From positions 361 to 64,360 of the forward strand of contig CAYLHJ010000003.1 in the NCBI GenBank assembly GCA_964383705.1: a stretch of 64,000 bases of DNA. Reading direction: 5' to 3'. The DNA is from an uncultured Candidatus Saccharibacteria bacterium (lineage in GTDB: Bacteria > Patescibacteriota > Minisyncoccia > Phycocordibacterales > Zambryskibacteraceae). The notes beneath the pieces are model-generated. The model was not told where the DNA came from, searched no databases, and saw only the letters and a list, made by a program, of their open reading frames with translations. Position 1 is the first letter of the stretch, and each line of letters opens with the position of its first letter. Made by a program: the position numbers and the translations under genes. This document shows, piece by piece, positions 58,586-64,000 of the stretch.

Positions 58586-59230
58586 TTAAACTCCTTTGGC
58601 GAGCAAAACAACTTTTATTGTACGAATAATTATTTTTACATCAAAAATGAGAACTTTGTACCAAGGGTTTGAAATATAATATTCCACATACTCTCTATCC
58701 ATAGCTTCTGATGTTTTATTCGGAACACGCTTATATGATTGGTAATTACCAGTAAGACCAGCCCTGACCTTAACCTTATCATTAATACCCTGCTCTAGAA
58801 GTTTGTTGTAAACTTCCCTATTCACTGGCCTCGGACCGACAACGCTCATATCACCAATTATTATGTTAAAAAATTGCGGGATTTCATCAAAATAGATTTG
58901 TTTAAGTATCCAGCCAACCCACAGTAATGATCCGTTGTGTTCAAGTTTCTTAGTATGAATAAACTCTCCACGAGATCTTAAACCGACAACGATATCGTGC
59001 TTAAAAATATTAAACTTATAAAGCGTAAACGGCTTGCCCTGCGACATCCTTATCTCACTATAAAAAATAGGGTCAAGCGGGCGAAGACGAATTAGGTGTT
59101 CAAGGAAAATAGCTAATATAAAAAAGATGAGAATAGGAGAAAAAAATAAAATAATAAAAAGTGAAAAAATAAGATCAAAGACCCGCTTCGAAAAATATAT
59201 GCCATAAGTCGGGATATTTGATGTTTTCAT
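58586..59230 (-). CDS. bacterial sugar (phosphoglycosyl) transferase
   Basis: KRVFDL, FTLYKF, DEIPQFFN...GDMSVVGPRP, GLTG. Confidence 0.88.
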   Translation of the reverse strand: MKTSNIPTYGIYFSKRVFDLIFSLFIILFFSPILIFFILAIFLEHLIRLRPLDPIFYSEIRMSQGKPFTLYKFNIFKHDIVVGLRSRGEFIHTKKLEHNGSLLWVGWILKQIYFDEIPQFFNIIIGDMSVVGPRPVNREVYNKLLEQGINDKVKVRAGLTGNYQSYKRVPNKTSEAMDREYVEYYISNPWYKVLIFDVKIIIRTIKVVLLAKGV

Positions 59231-59301
59231 CAGATATTATTATCACATAAGATAAGCAAAGAAAACCGCCCCATTATACTAGGGCGGTGGCACTCTGGAG
59301 A

Positions 59302-60507
59302 TCAGTCAAAAAGAAATCCTTGAATGCCGTTCTCTTCTGGGGTAAATCCTGTGGACTGAACTTCTCTCTTACTTCGATTTATTTGAACAAAGATTGAAGG
59401 AGTGTTTATAAGCTTAAGTTGCTCGGGATTATCCCTCAATCTCGTTACAAGAACAATGCCCTTCACATAGTAGTAAGCCGAAGGAACATTATATTTACAG
59501 GACCTTTCTACTGGGCACTGTGCGCATGTCCTGTCATAACGTTCTTCAGCTTGCTTATTCCACACAACAGGAATTTCAGTAATGTGGCGACTTCTCGCCT
59601 TCCTTATCTTATCAATGGAACACTTATTGCCGGGATGATGTCTGCAATAGGTCCTCGACAAAAGCCAGAGCCCATCAGCCAAGAGTTGGGGATCTTCTTT
59701 CATCTCCACAACGTATCGTAAAGTAACCTCCCGAGCCAAGGGCAAGAATTTCTCGCGAGATTGACGGGGACGTCTCTTCATATTTTTCATGAAAAGAATT
59801 CCCGTAGAAACAAGCACTCGAAGAATGTGAAAATCAACAGGTACTGGATAAGCAAATGGCTTCACCATTCCCGCGTGAATCATGAAATAGGAAATCATGC
59901 TCACCATCTTGTGCATGAATCCATAGAAACCGTATGGCGTTGCCATGAGCTCATCGTGACTGAGTTTCTTGTTGCGAATGATGATATCGCACAAGGCGTC
60001 ATAATTACTCTTAGCAGATGCGTATGATTCCCAAGATAGCTCGGCATTCTTATCCGCATCAACAAAAAGTTTGCGCGGATCAGATTCCCAGAACCGGCCA
60101 AGTTTTATTGCATTCCAAACCCAATGACGTTTTACTTCATTAACATTTGCCCCAAGGCCATACTCGCGCAAAACTTTTTCGAGCCAGTTTATAACCAGCT
60201 CGATTTCGTATTGCTCGAGGTCTACAAAATTCTCCGGGAAAAACACTTCCGGATAATCCGTGTAGAGCTGACCCATGCTAGCAATGGCAAATTGGCTATT
60301 AATGCCACCTTTCATGTAAAGCTCAATAAACCAAAGGAATAGGGCGTGTTCCCTACTTCCCCATATAAGTCCTTGGGGAAGATTTTGTGGATCCTGAACG
60401 AGTGGTTTGTCGTAAGGCTTAACCTTTCGACGCACGGCATCCAAGATAGATGGGAAAACCACCCGCTTGGCAAGGCCGTATCTTTTCCTGATCGGTTGCC
60501 CGGGCAT
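59302..60507 (-). CDS. enlarged HhH-GPD (endonuclease III-like) DNA glycosylase-family protein with Fe-S ligands
   Basis: HhH-like FYGFMHKM, PVDFHILRV, LWLLSRTYC...CAQCPVERSC; C-terminal QGFLF. Confidence 0.7.
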   Translation of the reverse strand: MPGQPIRKRYGLAKRVVFPSILDAVRRKVKPYDKPLVQDPQNLPQGLIWGSREHALFLWFIELYMKGGINSQFAIASMGQLYTDYPEVFFPENFVDLEQYEIELVINWLEKVLREYGLGANVNEVKRHWVWNAIKLGRFWESDPRKLFVDADKNAELSWESYASAKSNYDALCDIIIRNKKLSHDELMATPYGFYGFMHKMVSMISYFMIHAGMVKPFAYPVPVDFHILRVLVSTGILFMKNMKRRPRQSREKFLPLAREVTLRYVVEMKEDPQLLADGLWLLSRTYCRHHPGNKCSIDKIRKARSRHITEIPVVWNKQAEERYDRTCAQCPVERSCKYNVPSAYYYVKGIVLVTRLRDNPEQLKLINTPSIFVQINRSKREVQSTGFTPEENGIQGFLFD

Positions 60508-60643
60508 TTTTCCCTCACTTGAGTGTGAAAGTGCTAATTAGTCTCAGGGCATTATATGTGCTCTAAGTTCTTTGTCCACTAGCCTACTGTAAATTGAACT
60601 CTTATAATGCTTCTAGAAACGAACATACACATAAGGAGGGCTT

Positions 60644-61399
60644 GTGCGCGAAATCGCCAATTATAATTGGCGCCGATCGCGCCAAAAAGACACCCAAATC
60701 AAGGCAGGAAGGATTTACGAACATCTTGTCGCCCAAGTTCTGGGTTGTGAAATATCAAGGCAGGACGAATACGAATACGCAGATTTACACTCAATTGACT
60801 TGGGTATTCGCGTGGAGGTAAAAGCGCGAGGAGACAACAACCCTTTCGGTCTGCACACAGAACAAATGGATCAGTATGAGAATGACCTTCCATTTCCACT
60901 CAGTTATACACTCTATGCCCTAGTCCCATATCGAAGTCGGAGGTGGATAAAGACTGGAGAAGGAAGGCCGAGAAGGTTCAGTAACAAAACAACCATGATC
61001 TCAATGCTCCGGTTTCTGAAAACAGACCAGGAGAGAAATGAGTTCTGGGCGGAAAATGTAGAATTCGTCTATCTACTTGACTTTCGAATAGTGAAAGGCC
61101 TCTTGACCCTGCTGGGTAGCAAAAAGGGTCATTTCGCTGGCCGTAAATCGGAAGATGCTCTGGTTGTAAATAGGGGCACCTTAACTTCTCTTTTTCAAGA
61201 CGAGTCCTTCGCAACAGCTATGCGAACCCTTGGCTTGAGTGCATCTGGGTGGGCAAAAGGCACTTACCCAACCAGAACCCGATTTACGCTGGATGGACAA
61301 CGCCTCAGTTCAAATTTCACCCTCATAACTGTGCTCCGAAGGAGTCTTCATGCGAAGATAGCCTCTCAGCTCTGCAACAAAGCCGTCACGCATGTGTGA
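60644..61399 (+). CDS. PD-(D/E)xK restriction-endonuclease-like protein
   Basis: GRIYEHLVAQVLG...ADL...RVEVKARG...EQ; AAGGAGG SD before GTG. Confidence 0.65.
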   Translation: MREIANYNWRRSRQKDTQIKAGRIYEHLVAQVLGCEISRQDEYEYADLHSIDLGIRVEVKARGDNNPFGLHTEQMDQYENDLPFPLSYTLYALVPYRSRRWIKTGEGRPRRFSNKTTMISMLRFLKTDQERNEFWAENVEFVYLLDFRIVKGLLTLLGSKKGHFAGRKSEDALVVNRGTLTSLFQDESFATAMRTLGLSASGWAKGTYPTRTRFTLDGQRLSSNFTLITVLRRSLHAKIASQLCNKAVTHV

Positions 61400-61406
61400 C
61401 GGCTTT
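61379..61406. terminator. bidirectional terminator
   Basis: AAAGCCGTCAC-gcatgt-GTGACGGCTTT. Confidence 0.75.
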
Positions 61407-61438
61407 CAATTTGAAATTAAGTAATACAAATATTGCCT

Positions 61439-61939
61439 TTAAGGCTGAAACAAGTTTTCAGGCATAAAGCGCACACTTTTAACTACCGGGAATTGTTTTG
61501 CGGTCGCTTCAATTTGCGCCCACAAAATAGCAACTCTGCAAGAACCACCCCCTGTTTTGTTTTGGGGGTCGTCAAATATGAGCGTGGCAACTCCATCAGC
61601 AATATAGGCACTTTTAAGTGTGACACCAGAAAGCGGAAATTCACTTTCAATGCCTGATATCTTTTCTTCATCAGAAACATCACCCCGCAGAAGAAGTCTT
61701 ACAGCGTCCGCAAGTGGGGTTGTTGTTTTAGGAATAAATCGCTCGACGGCAACAAGTCCGTTCCTACTGCATTGCACTCCATCTGGACCTTGATCAAGAG
61801 TGGGATTATAAAGATGCAATTTGATGGGCACCTCGCTCTGATAAAAATTACCTTCCTCTGGGGCTGAAATCTGGGATATATAAAAATACCCAGTTGCTAA
61901 AATAAAAACAACAACAATTATTATCAGAGATTTTTTCAT
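61439..61939 (-). CDS. GerMN-domain protein
   Basis: N-terminal TM; AVRLLLRG, GGGSCRV...QIEATAKQFPVVKSV...LFQP. Confidence 0.85.
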   Translation of the reverse strand: MKKSLIIIVVVFILATGYFYISQISAPEEGNFYQSEVPIKLHLYNPTLDQGPDGVQCSRNGLVAVERFIPKTTTPLADAVRLLLRGDVSDEEKISGIESEFPLSGVTLKSAYIADGVATLIFDDPQNKTGGGSCRVAILWAQIEATAKQFPVVKSVRFMPENLFQP

Positions 61940-61993
61940 AAAATATTTATATAAATGTAGCAAACAGACTCACGCAGATTTCTCTCAGAATCA

Positions 61994-62389
61994 CTAGTTG
62001 AAATTAACAACAAAATTATACATTCCCATAGCACAGAGTCCCTGAAGACGTTCTCCGGCCCCTGGCACGCCCACATTAATAACTTCTTCTCCTGTCTGAG
62101 CCAATACTTTTTGAAAACCGAGTGAGCGGATAACAAGCGACGCTGAACAATCATAAGTGCCATCCGTCTTCACGACCAATTTTGTCGGAATTCCCGCCTG
62201 AGCACTAGACACTTTTGGAAAATATCCACCCTTTGCCTTTACAGTAACATATTGAACTCCTTCTTTTATTTCGATATTTTGTGTTGCTTCATCCACTCCA
62301 TTATTATCTGATTTTGAGCCACCAAGAAAAATGAAGCCCATCCCTAAGACAAGAATAAATGTGACAATAATGGTCGCAGATTTATTCAT
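61994..62389 (-). CDS. cupredoxin-domain protein
   Basis: GGYFP, GLCAMGMY copper-ligand motif. Confidence 0.8.
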   Translation of the reverse strand: MNKSATIIVTFILVLGMGFIFLGGSKSDNNGVDEATQNIEIKEGVQYVTVKAKGGYFPKVSSAQAGIPTKLVVKTDGTYDCSASLVIRSLGFQKVLAQTGEEVINVGVPGAGERLQGLCAMGMYNFVVNFN

Positions 62390-62396
62390 AAAATGA

Positions 62397-63404
62397 TTAT
62401 ATGTTAAATAGAGGTTTAATAATTCCTAGTCCAGCAAGTCCAGCAAGAAGGGCGAACAACCCAAGACCGATTACAACTACTCCTGCTGATTTAAAAAACA
62501 AAGGAGCATGTTTGCTATGAGCAAATGATGCCGAGCCGAATGAAAGAAAAGCGAGCATTGGCAATGTTCCAAGCGAAAATGCAAACATAATTAAAAATCC
62601 AGACATAAAGCCGCCGCTTCCCAAGGCGGCGACTTGCATTGATTGTGTAAAACCGCAAGGCAAGAAAAATGTACCGAATCCGATAATGAGCGGAGTGAGC
62701 GTTTTATGCTCTATTTTTCTAAAAAAATCGAATATTCTAGAAGGTAGTGCGATTTTATTTTTCTCAAAAACTCCAGCTAAATTTAGCCCAAGCAACAACA
62801 TCACTATGGAAGCCAATAGTCCCAAGATTGCTGTAAATGTAAAATTTATGCCAATAGCACTGCCGAGCGCCCCCAAAACTCCGCCTAATATTGCGAAGCT
62901 GACCAACCTTCCTGTGTGAAAAAGAAAGAAAGCCTTAGTGTCACTTACATTATCCTGTGACACTTTTGCTGAAAGAGATAGGACCAAGCCTCCGACAATG
63001 GCGAGGCAACTTGATACTGAAGCTATAAGACCAATAATAAAACTTGTTACTGGTGTTGTTTGGCCACCTATACCAAGATTTAAAATTCCTGATTTTTGTA
63101 ATAGAAAAAATAAAATCAGAAACGCAAGCCCGATTGGCACTGCTTTCCAAATAACTTCGCTACTTTGTTTTTCCTTTGTAATCTTATCTACTGACAACGA
63201 ATAGCCGTGGGATTTTATCTTACTTGTAAGTGTTATGGCTAACTCTTCGATGTCTTGATCACTGTCAGTTTCAATATCGACAGTCTCATCTTTCAAATTA
63301 ACCCGCACATTCTTTACAAAACTCTCTCCACTTAAAACGTCTTCAATAAAAATTTTGCATGAAGCGCAGTGAGTACCAGAAACGTGGAATGTGTATTTTT
63401 TCAT
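62397..63404 (-). CDS. HMA plus DsbD_2 (TauE/SafE-like) membrane protein
   Basis: GTHCASC HMA motif, SSCLAIVGG, FFLPCGFTQ, FSLGTLP. Confidence 0.88.
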   Translation of the reverse strand: MKKYTFHVSGTHCASCKIFIEDVLSGESFVKNVRVNLKDETVDIETDSDQDIEELAITLTSKIKSHGYSLSVDKITKEKQSSEVIWKAVPIGLAFLILFFLLQKSGILNLGIGGQTTPVTSFIIGLIASVSSCLAIVGGLVLSLSAKVSQDNVSDTKAFFLFHTGRLVSFAILGGVLGALGSAIGINFTFTAILGLLASIVMLLLGLNLAGVFEKNKIALPSRIFDFFRKIEHKTLTPLIIGFGTFFLPCGFTQSMQVAALGSGGFMSGFLIMFAFSLGTLPMLAFLSFGSASFAHSKHAPLFFKSAGVVVIGLGLFALLAGLAGLGIIKPLFNI

Positions 63405-63406
63405 AT

Positions 63407-64000
63407 TTATAATTTCTTGCTCTTAATTCGTAATGAATTTGATACAACTGATACGCTAGACATTGCCATCGCAAATCCAGCAAATACTGGATTCAGGAGC
63501 CATCCGAAAATTGGGTACAATACACCGGCCGCAAGCGGAATACCCACGATGTTGTAGATAAAAGCCCAGAAAAGATTCTGCTTAATTCCGCGCATAGTAA
63601 TCTTAGAAAGTTTGATAGCTTTTACAAGTTTTGATATATCTCCACCTAGAAGTGTAATACCAGCTGACTCTATCGCCACATCTGTTCCTGTCCCCATAGC
63701 AATGCCTACATCCGCCTGAGCAAGAGCGGGGGCATCGTTTACTCCATCACCAGCCATTGCCACCATCCGACCTTGTGACTGCAATTCTTTTATCTTTGCC
63801 AATTTATCTTGCGGCAAGACATGAGCGACCACATCATCGATGCCAACCATCGAAGCCATGTGCTTTGCGGCTTTTTCATCGTCGCCGGTAAGCATGACTA
63901 CTTTGATCCCCAGTTTATGGAGATTGGCAATCGCCTGTTTTGATTCAGGTTTTATTTCATCTGCCACCATGACAAAGCCGAGCACTTTTTCTTTTGTCGC
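63407..64000 (-). CDS. copA: heavy-metal (Cu) P1B-type ATPase, 5'-truncated at the window edge
   Basis: [35 protein letters not shown]. Confidence 0.93.
   Translation of the reverse strand, partial: ATKEKVLGFVMVADEIKPESKQAIANLHKLGIKVVMLTGDDEKAAKHMASMVGIDDVVAHVLPQDKLAKIKELQSQGRMVAMAGDGVNDAPALAQADVGIAMGTGTDVAIESAGITLLGGDISKLVKAIKLSKITMRGIKQNLFWAFIYNIVGIPLAAGVLYPIFGWLLNPVFAGFAMAMSSVSVVSNSLRIKSKKL

Noticed and set aside
1224-63557. The many 60-170 aa ORFs in the track that are antisense or off-frame to identified genes (e.g. 1224-1520, 18190-18639, 26335-26655 poly-Pro, 38565-39023, 39077-39601, 57764-58004)
   Set aside because: Shadow ORFs of well-supported genes with no recognisable motifs; the poly-Pro ORF is just the complement of the poly-Gly linker
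1-64000. CRISPR array, rRNA, IS elements, prophage, alternative genetic code
   Set aside because: No regularly spaced repeats, rRNA signatures, transposases or phage genes seen; genes end normally at TGA and are uninterrupted under code 11

Overview
64 kb of a low-GC bacterial chromosome that reads as Patescibacteria/CPR, Parcubacteria-like. This is inferred from gene content: helicase-degenerate PriA, reduced HolB, short ProS, a VirB4/TraG-like ATPase, a DsbA-VKOR pair, L9 present, standard genetic code with TGA stops, and mostly SD-less core genes. Most of the window is housekeeping: lexA, trhO, an ABC/MFP exporter, rpmA, rplI, rplU, ctpA, corA, cysS, dnaB, recR, rmuC, a minimal dcw cluster, lysS, greA, mreBCD-PBP2, proS, rseP, frr, a second mreB, priA, def, fmt, raiA and a copA locus. 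The main observations: (1) an ~11 kb cell-surface operon next to tRNA-Glu(CUC) that combines two WxL/pilin-like subunits, a DUF916-like membrane-anchored partner, a secreted dockerin protein and two membrane-anchored cohesin proteins; (2) a divergent pair of an enlarged HhH-GPD/Fe-S DNA-glycosylase-like gene and a PD-(D/E)xK nuclease gene; (3) a 17-bp near-identical LexA box in both the lexA promoter and the mraZ-dcw promoter; (4) an unassigned, promoter- and terminator-bounded structured RNA of ~230 nt; (5) a beta-barrel-like secreted protein in a presumed monoderm; (6) scattered GC-richer orphan single-gene cassettes. No CRISPR array, rRNA, integrase or transposase was seen. All family calls come from motif recognition by eye, not database searches.
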